A DNA stretch of 64,000 nt from Stylophora pistillata (lineage: Eukaryota): positions 130,308 through 194,307 of the forward strand of contig NW_019217960.1 of NCBI RefSeq assembly GCF_002571385.2, written 5' to 3'. Numbering within the stretch: position 1 is the first letter of the stretch; each line of letters begins with the position of its first letter. This document shows, piece by piece, positions 24,789 to 38,040 of this stretch. The notes below the pieces were generated by a model. It searched no databases, had not been told where the DNA came from, and saw only the letters and a list, made by a program, of their open reading frames with translations. The position numbers were made by a program, and so were the translations under genes.

Positions 24789-25088
24789 CAGGGTTCGTAA
24801 AACCCATGAAAGTCCTCGAAGATGCTTGAACTTACAAATTAAAAACTCAAGGACTTGAGGTACTTCACGAATTTGACGACTAAGGCTTGGTTTTTTCAAT
24901 GTTTTTTCTTTAGCAATTTTCAATTTGAAAATTACAGTACTTTCATGGAAAAGCTGAGAAATATTATTAAATAATTCTAAAATCGCTTATGCAAACCTTG
25001 CCAAAAGTTGTTCTTCAATTTTCTAAAAGTTGGCCTTCAAAATCATTGAAAAGTCATTGAATTTCAACCTTTGGCATCTGCAGGAACC
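24789..25088. mobile_element. Decayed hAT-like MITE
   Basis: CAGGGTTCGTA left end, degenerate ..CAGGAACC right end, subterminal TGAAAAGTC(A/C)TTGAA-type repeats. Confidence 0.4.
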
Positions 25089-25380
25089 TACTCCTATATG
25101 TTGATATATTATTTTGATTGTTGTCTAGTACCATAACAACATTAATTACACTCCAGCATACAAAAATAAACACAAGTAGACTTATTCGTTACCGACAATG
25201 ATGAAATTGCGTGACGACAGTAACAATGGCAATATGGCAGTCCCCTAAACAGATAACTCCAGATGTGCGATGTTGAAAGCCCGAGGTCACGCAGATATGC
25301 GTCTAGTTTACTAGAACAAAATGTTAAAAAAGGCGCATTTAAAGAGAAGCGCTAAGACATACCAACTCTTACAACATTCT

Positions 25381-25678
25381 ATATGAATGATGCACGATCC
25401 TCGCAGTAGAGAGCGCTATTTATGCAATAGCGAAAATCAGACCTGAAAAAAATCAGGCCTGTACGGGATTCGAACCACTGACCTCTGCGATAATAGTGCA
25501 GCGCTCTACAAATTGAGCTAACAAGCCAACTGGGAGCAGGCCGTTAAGTTGATTCGTAATAAACCCGTGATGATAAATCAGATACGGTGAATATATGAAG
25601 TTCTCTACTGCGAGGATCGTGCATCATTCGTATCTATAACCGCAGTTCAAAATATATGAACTTCAAATATTCACCGTA
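25381..25678. mobile_element. tRNA-containing fold-back element, copy B (short right arm)
   Basis: Left arm is homologous to copy A with the tRNA-like unit on the - strand. 25602-25633 is the reverse complement of the element start and is followed by the TAACCGCAGTTCA tail. Confidence 0.9.
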
Positions 25679-26658
25679 ACATTTTATATGTTTATCAGTT
25701 GAGATAATTGCGATTATTATCCGCTCGATTGAGGCGATTGCGTAGTTCGCTATAGCGTGTCACGACATCGGCCTTCTGGCAATACAATAGAATAGAAAAT
25801 CCAGTTAATACATGCGAAAAGGTTTCTTGTTTTTGCTTTGTGATTTTGCTTACCACATATGCATGGTTTGGCATGACTTTAAGAATCACGAGCTTGAAGA
25901 AAGCAAGTATTCCTGTTCCTGCATTAGCTTAAGTGTGACACAGCCAACAATGTGACCTAATATAATCTTGTTGTCACAAAACAGGACGTAATGCTACCTT
26001 TTTACGAAAATATCTATCATTCAGCTTAAAGAACTTTGAAAGTACGTGTGTTAAGGACCGTAATCATGGAGTTGTTGCGACCAGCAAAGGTTCCACATGA
26101 TGTAACCTGTACTTTTATCTACGAACCTGTACGATGTACTTTTATCGACGAACTACTTTGATGTATAGCCTTTTTAACATATATTTTCGACAATTGTGAT
26201 TGCGAAAAAACTTCCTTCATTCTGGGCCTTTTAGTTTTCCAAATGTATCATATGCTAGATCCTCTTAAAGGACCACAGGATTTCTATTTGTGATTACCAA
26301 TGAATTAATAGTAAAATAATTATAAGTAAATTGACTATCGAACCATTAGGCTAAATTGACCATCATTTGAAAATTAGATGTCTGATCGACTTAAAATGTA
26401 TCTGAGAGGTGACTAAGTGACGCGAATATGGTATCTCAAAGATTGAATGATTCTACATAAACGAAGCAGAACCCCCTTACTGGGTGACATAGCAATCATC
26501 ATTTTTTTTCGAAAGGGTGCATTTCATCATGGAATAGTCACTTTTGGGTCACTCCCAAAGGTAAAGTATTAGTAGCCTGAACTCTCTTGTAAATGTCTCA
26601 ACTATATTTGAATCGTTTCTTCACCTTCCTTTGTTGTTGTTGTCCTGTACCGCAGATA

Positions 26659-29600
26659 ATGGCGTCTCGCCTGAGCGACGGTGGTCTGCCGCCAATGTAC
26701 GATGAGACAGTGGGCATACAAAGAGAAGGCACATCTTCAAAGAAAACCACTCTTGTTGTCCTATGTATCTTATTTGTGGAACTTTGTGAACGTCTGACAT
26801 TTTACGGTTTAACAGCAAATCTGGTGTTTTACTGTAGAGATGTTCTCAAGCTTTCTTCACCATTACCAAGCACAGTTGCGTTAGCATTTCAAGGTAAGAT
26901 GTCTTCTCAGAATCTACGGCCATTAAAGTGCTTTTCAATTGAGTGTGAAAAAAGAAAGCCCGAGTAAACGCAAAGCCTAATAGGAGAAAGGAAACTAATC
27001 AAAACAAGGATGAACGTCACTCGCTCGAAAACCTGCCCCTCTTTATAAGCCCTACGAAAACCTTACTACGTATCCTCGATTTCCTTCTAATATAACTTGC
27101 GTGCTCTTAAAGAAGTTGACGGCAAAGAGAGGTAGATAGGATATAAGAGGATATAGGATATGGTGTTATTTTTCCCTAATCACTTTTGAGAGAGACATAA
27201 TTCTTATGTCTCTTATGTTATTTACTTCCCGTCAGGGACATGCTTCTTCACTCCTGTTATAGGCGGTTGGCTGGCTGACACCGTAACTGGGAGATACAAC
27301 GTTATATATGGAAGTTCGTTACTCTACATAGTCGGCACCGCTCTTCTTACAGCTACCACTTATAACTACCCAACAGCCTACGCTTTGAGCATTCCAGTTA
27401 AGGGGGCATTCCTAGCTGTCTCGCTTATCCTAATTGCCATAGCAACTGGAGGAATTAAGGCCAATGTGTCCCCGCTAGGAGCAGATCAAGTCAAAGACGA
27501 AGGACAAGAAATGGTCCAGAAATTTTTTGACTGGTTTTACTGGTTTATACAGGTTGGGTCTCTGATCGCTTTCACGGCAGTTGTGTATGTCCAACAGCAA
27601 GTGTCTTTTTTCTACGGCTACTTGCTAACTGCCTTGTCTATGATTTTAGCAACCTTGCTGCTGTTGTTTGGAAGAAACCACTACATAGTTCATTCACCAA
27701 AAGGAAGCTTCCTGACTGACACCCTACGAATTATTGGTGTTGGTATCAAAAACAAACTCCGCTGCAAGAGTTATCATATTCAAAGTCACTGGCTCGATGG
27801 AGCTAAAGATGATATGGGAGGACATTTTTCAGAGGAAGTGGTAGAAGCTGTTAAGTCGTTGGTTCGCCTGGTCCCAATATTCTTAACATTTATCTTCTAC
27901 TGGACAATCTTTGGGCAGGTGAGCAAACAAATACCAATCTTAATATAGATCCTGGACTGTTGAAGCCACAAGTGGCATCCTACATGAAACGTGAGGACCA
28001 TAAGCGTACCGATCTAACCCGTAAACGTCGCTTCACCTCAGGCGCCAGTCGATGGACCATTTACAATGTGACAAAATCCCGAACGAGATAGAACTTTTCC
28101 CATTTATGTTAGCGTGGTACACAGACAGATGCACCATCCATAATAAACTATTATTCAGTTCTTAAATGTACTTCAAAGTGAAATTTATAGACTATAGTAA
28201 CGATAAAAAGTTCCTATCTTGGAAATTTGAGCTTACGAGCTCTTTGAATATTTTTTATGGTTGTGTTCGATTCAAGAAAACATAAAGGTTGCATTGTTTA
28301 GTGTCTTTAAACATGATGGAAAGAGCCGATATGGTTGTTGTAGTTGTTGTTTTGTTATCGTTTTGCCAATGCATGTTTTTTTTCCTCGTAATCTGCCGAG
28401 GAAAACCCACAGATCACATAGCTCCAGTTTCATGGAACGTACCTTCACAACAGGAAATGCTGTTTTATTTTGTTTGTTTGTTTTCCAGTTGTTGGGTTTG
28501 TTTTTTATTTTTCAGATTCATTTTTTCTTCTTTCAGCTCTTCAATTATTCTGTTGTTATCAATGTTTCCAAAACACCCCTCATTTCAATTTTGTGCTTAT
28601 TTTTCCATTTCTCTCAGGGTCTCACCACGTATCTATTGCAAGGCTCTTATATGAAGTTGGAAATCACCGATAAGTTCACATTTCCCGCGGCGTCACTAAG
28701 TGTATTCGAAAATGCGTCTTTATTACTTTTGATTCCCCTTATTGATCGAGTTGTCTACCCAGGCCTCCGACGTCTTGGCTTCAACTTCACTCCTCTGCGC
28801 AGAATTGGCGTTGGATTGATTTTTGCTGCTGGTTCTGTGGCCTTGGCAGGAATCATCGAAATTGTGCGAAAACGTTATGGAAGGGTCAAACAGAATGTTT
28901 TCAATACAACCATTGATGCATCGACTATGAGCGTGTTTTATCAAGTGCCACAATATATACTCCAAGGAGTAAGTGAAGCTCTGGTGTCTGTAACAGGTAA
29001 ATAGCAATGCTGCTGTTGGGAGGACGAAAATATTGGGAAATTTATAATCCTACCACTTTCCTTCCAGGTAATTTGGCGAGTAAGTGCCTGTAATTGTAAC
29101 GATGGCGCACAAAATGAAAGGGCTTTTACCACATAGGGTCTTTCAAGTGTACATCACAATGGTTTCTAACCCATAACACCTGTCAAAGTTGAGCTTCCAT
29201 ATGCATTTAGAGTACCGCTATGCCACTCCATATTTAGACAAGCCGTTGTCTCGTAAATCGTGCCTATTAAATAGATGTTGTTGCTTTAGCTTGATTTCCA
29301 AAGATTATTTTCAAAATGCTTAACCTATAGACCCTTACTCATTACCATCCTTTTCTGGTTTGATATCTCCGTCGTTGGGCAGATCATAATTCCAAGGCGC
29401 ATTTATATTTAGGATAAACGAGTCGGTGATGTAAATTTGCCACCGTTAAGGGTTTCTTGGCTGATATTTGGAGCGTTAGCCCTTCGTTATTCACTCTGAC
29501 GAAGAGCTAACGCTCGAACCGTCAGTTTAACAGTGGCAAATTATTTACATCACCAGCTCAATAACTTGATAAAACCAAATTACTACGTTTAAGGTAGTTT

Positions 29601-30063
29601 TGTGCTTGGTGATGGTGCCTCATGAGGTGAAAAGGTGAAAATTATAACGTATGGTGGATAGACCCCAAACTTATGAATCTCTTTCTTTCCAGGTCTTGAA
29701 TTTGCCTATTCCCAGTCTCCACCCGAGTTGCGTGGCGTGGTAATGGGTTTGTGCTTGGCTATGATTGGCTTGGGTTACTACGTAGCAAGCCTGCTGGCGT
29801 CAATTGTCAAGCACGCTTCACATAGCAAGTGGTATCCTGATGACCTCAATAAAGGCACACTCGAATGCTACTTGTTCCTTCTGGCCGGGCTTATGCTTGT
29901 TAACTTGGCTGTGTTCTTGTATTTAGCATTAAGGTATCACTATGTCGCCGATGATCCAGACAGCCCTGAAGATTATAAGCACGTTAAGAGAAAAAGAAGC
30001 TACAAAAGTGTCAACTCTTCGAGTTTTTCGGATATTTCCCAAAACGATCTCGATACGCGTTAG
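26659..30063 (+). CDS. POT/PTR2 family (SLC15A4-like) proton-coupled oligopeptide transporter, paralog 1
   Basis: Exons 26659-26893, 27236-27918, 28618-28996, 29693-30063. Motifs ELCERLTFYG, GGWLADTVTGRY, GGIKANVSPLGADQ, FFDWFYW, QVPQY..SEAL..GLEFAYSQSP. Confidence 0.93.
29411..29585. mobile_element. Fold-back repeat with two inverted degenerate minimal hammerhead motifs
   Basis: + strand CTGACGA-AGAGC-TAAC-GCTC-GAAC-CGTCAG at 29496-29525, an inverted copy at 29461-29489, and outer IR GGTGATGTAAAT/ATTTACATCACC. Confidence 0.7.
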
Positions 30064-32193
30064 GGAAAAATTATTAATATTCAGTGCAAGTTTTGGTTCA
30101 TTTTTGAACAGTCAAGCTCCTTTCTCACCCCAGATACATTATCACAAGATATTTTTAACTTGTTTACATGGTGCAATTTTATCGTAGCCTCGTGAGTCGT
30201 CATTGTGTGATTGTGTCTGAGCATAGCTACACAGATCTTGCATCCATTCAAATTTGGATTTCCCGATCTTTCAGAGTACGAGAATCGTTCTAGAGCAAAT
30301 GAAGCTGTAAACAGACACTCTCACTGAAGAAAAACTGTAATTGCCTTATGGAATAAAGAGTTAGCGCCCTTTGTGTCATTTGTAAACAGAACTAAAAAAT
30401 ACTCAAAATGTTATTTTCAAAAATCCCTCAATATTGTATCGTTTCTACTTTAATCAATTCCTGAATGTCTGAATTGACGCCTTAGATAATTTACTTCCCA
30501 AAGCTCCATTTTAAGAGCTTGTTTCTGGAAGGATCGGAGGCCTATAACGTCAAATTTAATGAATAGCAGGAAAAAACAATATACTATTTGAAGAACTCAG
30601 AAGGGGTTCCTGTCGATTGACCTCGCTGTGCATATATGCTTGTCAACAAGTCTCGCCAGTACGAGTTTACAGAGAAAACAAGAAAGCATCCTTTATTTTT
30701 GTTAGTTCGCTCTCCAGGAATGGTATCAATAAAGTCTTAATTTACGATTGATTTGTTAGCTATTGAGATTTTCTGAGGTTTCATTGCAAGCAATGAACTT
30801 TAAAGGTACATCGTTTGAATTCGTCTTTGGGGAGCGGTTTCATTTCACATCGTCCTAAAAGCATGTCACGCTCTTCAGCGGCGTTACATCATATTGGCCA
30901 GCAGATGACGACGTTTTCATGTCAGTCTGAGTTCTGTGGCGATGAATTAATCCTGTACTTGTGCGGTCTGGCATGTGGAGGTCTAGTTATTTTGCAGTAT
31001 CAATCAGCGAGGAACTTTATTTCGTGGCTTCAACTTGAATTTACCCTAATTTCACTGTCTCATCGATAGTTTGTCGCCCTAGAAGGTAATTTAGAATTAT
31101 TCAGTGGTGGAGTAGTTTGAAGTCTTGCCATTGTGGGAGAACCAAACTTCCGCCCTTTGTAGAGAGTCGCATACAATTTGCTCGTTGCAGTCGTTCATAA
31201 ACTCCACAGTCATATCTACTTTTCAGCCTTTGCGACTTCTGAAACGCAAACTGCAAGAAACTTAAGATAAATGCAATTTCCTCGAGCGGGTAGAGTACGT
31301 TCTGCTTAGAAGCCGCTCTTGTCACGAGCGAAAGAGAAACATACTACATGAGTTTTCGATAATGGTGAATAAGGGCTAAATATTAGGTTTCTTTTGATAT
31401 TCAGCCTACGATCAATATACGAAGACAAATGTGAAAGAGACCGTCTCGCTGTGATGCCGGCTCGGGTCTTCGCCAATTTTGCCAAGGCTTCAGTTTCAAT
31501 AGCTAGCTTTAACTGTAAGGAGATTTTGTGACAGTCTTCACTCTTTTAACATATTGAGCCAACGGTCGAAGGGATTAGGTAAACAAACACTTTCAAATGT
31601 CTTAGAAATGACTCTACGCCCGTGACAGGATGAAAATATTTTTTCCTTTATCTCATAACCGAGTTAAAGGTTAACTTTCTTCGTTATTCCAGCCAATCTT
31701 GAGTTCTCATTAAGTTCTCAATATTTTTATCTTAAGAGATTTCTATGGTTCGTCGCACGAGGCATTCCGATACCTAACAGGTCATGCGTAAATGTGTAAC
31801 AACCTGAATATCTCGTGTTAGCCCTAACCTGCCAAATGGCTTATATTTGTGCTTACACAGATCCTAAGCAGTTTCTTTGTAGTAGTTTAACTTTATCAAT
31901 GTACAGTTTAAGAAATCTAAAGAAAGAAATCTGACTCGATCAGCGAAGTATTTCTTTAATGATTGCTATCAAGCTATATGTGTGTTCCTTAGACATGTCT
32001 ATTTGCTACGAGTGCACTACTTTGATACTAGTATTTTTCCGTCAGCTAACGCCTTAAAAGCATGGAATTTCAAAGAATAAGGGTCGCTAGGTGCTTTAAG
32101 CCACCTTTTAGACGATGAGAAACAACAGAACAATTGTCTTCCTACATCTGTAGCTAACTCCACGCGTATTGTATTTACTTGCAGAAGTGCCAA

Positions 32194-35100
32194 ATGATGG
32201 ATTCTCCCAGAGATGAAAATGACGAGCTTTGTTCAAATTACGACGATTATGAAGAAAACCCTTCAGAATTGAATGAATCACCATCTGAAGATCTAGTCTC
32301 CAGCAACACTTCTCTTACAGTTGTTTGTATATTATTCGTTACCTTATTTGAACGTCTGTCGTATTATGGGGTGGCTGCAAATCTGGTGTTTTACTGTACT
32401 GATATTCTTAATCTTTCCTCGCCACTATCCAGTTCAATCGTCTTGGCATTTCAAGGTATGAGGACTGTTAATTTTAGAACTTATCTAACATGGTATAAAA
32501 GATACTGTGGCCTACAGCTAAGGAAAGAATGGCCTTAAAATGCCAATACTGTTACCGGAGACACTGACGACGTTAACCCTTTGGCTCCCAGAAGTGATCA
32601 ACATGTAACTTCTCTCTATAATATCCATACACGATCCAGCAAACAGGTAATGAGAATCCACAAGCTCATCAGTAAGAAGTTGGTACCTTGATTGAACACC
32701 AAATTCTTGTAACCAATTTACAAGGAAACGTGTATCAGCTAGAGGGGAGAATTCACAATCAGATCTTGGGAGTTAAAGGGTTAACCAATCAATTCATAAA
32801 AACCGAATCATGTTTAAAACTAAATTTAGTCGCTCCTATTAGCCCGTAGAGGCAAAACAAGCAATGATAGAAAGAATTTGGATGTAACTTAATGAGTGTT
32901 TTTGTAAGTGACACTGGTTGAGACTCGTGAAAAAGTCATGATTTGAAAATTTCTATCAGAAATTCTCAAGCCTGGCTAGTTTAAGTCTTTATTTATTCTG
33001 AATAAGTTAGAAAGTTTGCTACATCTTTACAGCCTAATCTATCAAGTCTAAGTAAGTCATCTATTTATAACAGTAATCGAGGTTATTTCAAAATTACATG
33101 AAATAAATCATGTTTTCGACCTTCGTATGAGATACAGGTAAGGAAACGAACCTCGCAAATGGGCTGCTATTGATATAATTGCAGAGAGAGGTTCTGTCTT
33201 TTTTCTTGCAAGATGTTTACTGAATTCAGTTTATCAAATTTAGCAGAGGCTACCTTTTACCTAGAACTGAGTAGACATTTTTCTCTTCTCTCTGTAAAGG
33301 AACATGCTTCGTTACTCCTATAATCGGGGGTTGGCTGGGGGACACAACAGCTGGGCGTTACAATGCCGTATATGGCAGCTTACTGGCCTACGTTAGCGGC
33401 ACCGCTCTATTCACAGCTACTACTACCTCTAAACATTCAGGAGGTTATGTCTTGAGCAGATTATACCAGGTGTTATTTCTAGCTGCGTCCCTTGTCCTAA
33501 TTGCAATTGCAGTGGGAGGAGTCAAGGCAAATTTGTCATTAATGGGAGCAGACCAAGTGAAAGGCAAAGGACAAAAAGTGGTGGAGAAATTCTTTGTTTG
33601 GTATTACTGGTTCATACAAGTTGGTTCGTTGCTGGCCTTCACAGCTGTGGTATACATCCAACAAAACAAGTCCTATTTCTATGGTTCCCTAATAACTGTG
33701 GCTTCAGTAGCGTGTGGAACTATTATGGTGCTGATGGGAAGAAACCATTACATACTGCATCCCCCTAGAAGCAGTGCCTTGGCCGACGCACGACGAATTT
33801 TTGCGCTTGGTATCAAAAACAAACTCTGCCGCATAAAAGATCCACTTTGGACTCACTGGCTCGACGGAGCTAAGACCACTATGGGCGGTGCCTTCTCTGG
33901 GGAAAAGGTAGAAGCTGTCAAGTCCATGGTTCGTTTTAGTCCAATAATCTTCACGTGTATCTTCTATTGGACGATATACAGTCAGGTAGGAACGGTCATG
34001 TAAACCACAGGCCTTTTAAATAAAAATCTTATTTAGTGCTATCGTAAGACTCAAAGGCTTCAAGGATAATTGTATTTAACAACGACGAAATTAGCAACCA
34101 ATTTGGAAATATAACCAGATTAGGACATTCTTTCTGTCTCTTTTATTACTGAGGGGGTAGGGGAAGGGGGGCAGGTATGATGCTGTAATAAAGCGCATAC
34201 TTCCCACCTCTGTGGTTCACCAAGTTTCTACTGTTTCCCAGACCTGGCGTTATATTCGCGTCAAGGTAGTAAAAATTAAAGGAGCCTGTGAAAAATTAAG
34301 GCTCCAATTAAATTTAATTTCACGTCCCCCTTGAGAAATGGGTAGATCTTTCACTTCACTTTACTTCACACTTTGCTGCGTTTCTATCGATAATCTGAAA
34401 TTGCCAATTCGATTTTGTTCACTTGGATTTTTTTTCCATTTTTTTCGTAGGGTACTACAGCATTTTTATTGCAAGGCTCTTACATGAATTTGAAAGTCAT
34501 TAATACGTTCCCATTTCCCGCGGCTTCACTTTCCATATTTGAAATTTTGTGTGTGTTAGTTTTGATTCCCATTATTGATCGAGTTGTCTACCCGGGCCTC
34601 CGACGCGTTGGCTTCAACTTCACTCCACTTCGTAGAATCGGCGTGGGGATGCTTTTTGCTGCTGGGTCTGTGGCCTTAGCAGGATTGATCGAAATCGAGC
34701 GAAAACGTCGCTTCGGAAGATTCTCGCAAGATGTTTTTGGTGTTAAAAAGAACGCATCGTCAATGAGTGTGTTTTATCAAGTGCCCCAGTATATCCTCCA
34801 AGGAACAAGTGAAGCTTTGGTGCCTGTATCAGGTGCGTAAGTCAACAAATTGAGCACAATTTTCCATTGTCTTAAGCCTTATTGATCATAGAAATGGCGT
34901 AAAAAATATTCAAAACTTTGCAGTGATGCGCTGGCGTAACCACGTGGTTTCACTGCAAAGTTTTTACAATAGCATTGAAATTTCTGTGCGAGCTGAATGC
35001 GCCCAATTTTTTGGAAAAATTACGCACGCATGACATGATCGATTAGCGCTTTGTAGTTTGTTTTAATTTGTGTTATGTACTGACTTCTGCAATGAAATAC

Positions 35101-35494
35101 CAGTAAGGAATGGTTTGCATTGGACTCTCTTACCCTGAGTTGTTTTTTATTGCCCACTTATTTGTAATTTTTGTGCCGTTTGCTTCGGCATCGCAAGTAT
35201 TTCTACGAGGTTGTTCACCTTTCAACTCTGCAAATCGGGAACCGGATTTATATTTCAAAAGATTTTCCTCTGCTTTTTCTTCCATCTCGATTTAACAAAT
35301 GGTAAACACCACAGCCTACGCTATGAATGTACGCTATTGCGTAATGGATGCACGTCGGAGGTTGTTTAGCACGAAAGAAGCGTAAGAGTCGCGAGTCTCT
35401 AGCTTTTTTTCGTGCTTAGCAAACCTCTAAAGCGCACCCTTAACTCAATGGTGTAGGCTGTGGTGTTTACTATTTGTTTTATAACACAACAGTG

Positions 35495-35538
<44 letters not shown>

Positions 35539-38040
35539 GAATATTTATACAGGACAGCCCTTCAGTGCAGGAGCACTGTTATCAATGGGGTCTTGTCTAA
35601 ATAACATAACATAAGGATAAAAACTAGAATAAGATAAGAATGACAACGCACCTAATTAAATGCCCTATGCAAAAAATTGATCTAACGACTCCGTAAATGG
35701 TACCCTACTGCTAATTTGCTTGATTTTTAAAGTAAAAAATTAAAAGCTGATGCTCCTAAAAAATAAAAAATTTTCCCGAGCAAAGTCAAGTCTCACTTTC
35801 GGCAGAGCAACGGTGGTCCCTCTGTTCCTCGTATTAAAATCGTGGGTTAACAATTTAAAATATTCTTTGAAGGACTACAAACATCGCCTTTTAGGCAATC
35901 AAAAACAAATAAACAAGCCTTACATACACTGTAGCAAAAGCCTACATACACTGTAGCAAAATAATTTCTTTTTTTATTTAGCACCGAAATCTTAGGTGAC
36001 CAGAAGAAAAAAAGTCCGCGGAAACTAGTCTTTTCCATTTGCCCACGTCAGCAGCGTACACCCATGGGCATATGGTAGGCACTTAATTGACCAATCAGAG
36101 TGTGCGCTTTGCTTTGGTTATGTTCTAACAGTTCTTCTTCAAACATTTCTCCAAGTATACTGTTCTTAAAAGTCGGAAGTTTGTTACCATCCATATCTTA
36201 GAAATTTGCAACTTTTTTACGGGATAAGTTCTTTCTACGACTAGCGGAGATTTCCGAGCGTTGCGTCACATGATACGTCAATTTTACCATCTGTAGATAG
36301 TCCTCGTCCACTGAAAACGCGAGGATTTCTACAGTTATTGTAAAAGAAAAGAAACAACAACAATTGAGTAGCGCTTGCTTTTCAAACATCTCATTGTTTA
36401 AAAGTTACTACAAAAACCCCTTTCTCGCTTTGGTGGGTTCATGACTAGCATCTATGAGCCATCCGATCATCCCTAGCCATTAGAGATGTAATTATAGACC
36501 TTAAGATTTGAGGACGTCACCTGTCTAGGACGCCACCGGAAGTTCGTTTTCACCTAAAAATGACATTGCGCGTGTCTATACGGCCAACAGGGTTTTTATA
36601 GTTTTGGTATGTATTTAACATGTAAGAAAGTATTCTTAAATAAAAATTGGGTTCTGACGGGTCTTCGCCCTAAAATCGAGCTTTAAACTTCCCACTTTGG
36701 CCACGCCCATTGAAGGTGGCCGTGAGTCGGGGCAAAAAAGAGATTGGGTTCTGAATGGGTCGTGACGTCAAGTCAGGAACGCGCCAAATCCCGCTAGTGG
36801 TTCATTTCACTGTTTTTTTTGTTTTTTTTTCAGTAAAGTAAAGAGTTTTCGGCGACATAAATATGGCTGATAGATGTGTTGTAAAAGTACTGCGTTTGTC
36901 AAGCACTGAGTAACAACGCGACGCTCAAGACGCTCCTGGAGTGACGTCACTCATCACCAATCTTCCCTTACATGGTCAACTTCATTAGGCGTGGCCGAAG
37001 CGGGAACTTTAAAGCTCGATTTTAGGGTGAAGAGGCGTCAGAATCAAATTTCTTTTTGAGAATACTCTTTCACAGGATAAAGAGATACCAAAACAATAAA
37101 AACCCTGTTGGCCGTATAGACTCTTTAAATACTTTCGTTTCTCTCTCAATGTGGATCTTTTCTACTCTGCATACTGCTAGTCATCATGTCTCTAGTCATC
37201 CTCAGACCTTTGAGGTCGACTGGTTACATGATGTCGCTGTTTAGAGCGACTAGTTCAAAGAGTCCATTACGATTTCTACAAACTCAGTAATTCTTACTTC
37301 GTACAATTCACTTTATACTCGTTCTCATCAATCAACTTTTTAAACGCCTACTGAGACAGAATCTCAAAATTTCATCTATCGGGGAAGAATCAGAATAGAA
37401 ATATTTAAACTGTTGTACATCAGATAAGCTTACCTAAAAAGTAAAAGCTTTCGGTTAGACCTCTAGCTTTGATCACTTATTAGTAACCCCGCTAAAGCAG
37501 CTAGGTTGCCGGACGTGTGAGTCCATGTAGGGTCCCTGAATGCTTTTACTTTTTAGGCAAGCTTATCCTGTGTACAAAAGTTTAAATATTTTTCTTCCCT
37601 ACAGAGAGATGTTATAGGGGACAGCTTACTCCAAAGCTTCTCACTTTTCCAAATCACATTTTGCAGGTCTCGAGTTTGCCTATGCTCAATCTCCACCAGA
37701 ATTGCGTGGCTTAGTAATGGGTGTGTGTTGGGCAATGGTTGGCGTGGGTTACTACGTGGCGAGCTTGCTGGTGTCAATCGTCAAATATGCTTCACACGCC
37801 ACTTGGTATCCTGATAACCTCAATAAAGGCACACTTGAAAACTACATGTTCCTATTAGCTGGGCTTATGTTAATCGACTTGGTGGTTTTCCTGTATTTAG
37901 CAGTGAGGTATCGCTATGTTGACCATGGAGAAGGGCCTGGAAATGATGGCCACCGCGCCCCCGGACGTGCCAGAGTTGTATCACTCGCGACAGCTGTACC
38001 CGTGAACAATGACGTCTACCCTCAGTTACTAGTTCGGTGA
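32194..38040 (+). CDS. POT/PTR2 family (SLC15A4-like) transporter, paralog 2
   Basis: Exons 32194-32455, 33300-33985, 34451-34832, 37667-38040 with the same intron positions as paralog 1. Motifs TLFERLSYYG, GGWLGDTTAGRY, GGVKAN..GADQ, GLEFAYAQSP. Confidence 0.92.
32573..32784. mobile_element. piggyBac-type MITE with TTAA target duplication
   Basis: TTAA-CCCTTTGGCTCCCA ... TGGGAGTTAAAGGG-TTAA. Confidence 0.85.
35292..36128. mobile_element. Split-inverted-repeat element (hairpin related to the 4030 element) with nested (AAT)n retro-tail
   Basis: Hairpin 35292-35480 shares AGCACGAAAGAAGCGTAAGAGT with ~4093. IR TTATAACACAAC / GGTTATGTTCTAA. CCAATCAG at 36091. (AAT)14 plus retro 3' end at 35494-35596. 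Confidence 0.65.
36574..37128. mobile_element. MITE with ~150-bp terminal inverted repeats
   Basis: GTCTATACGGCCAACAGGGTTTTTAT..CCCTAAAATCGAGCTTTAAA is mirrored at ~36972-37121. The right end is followed by TCTTTAA. Confidence 0.85.
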
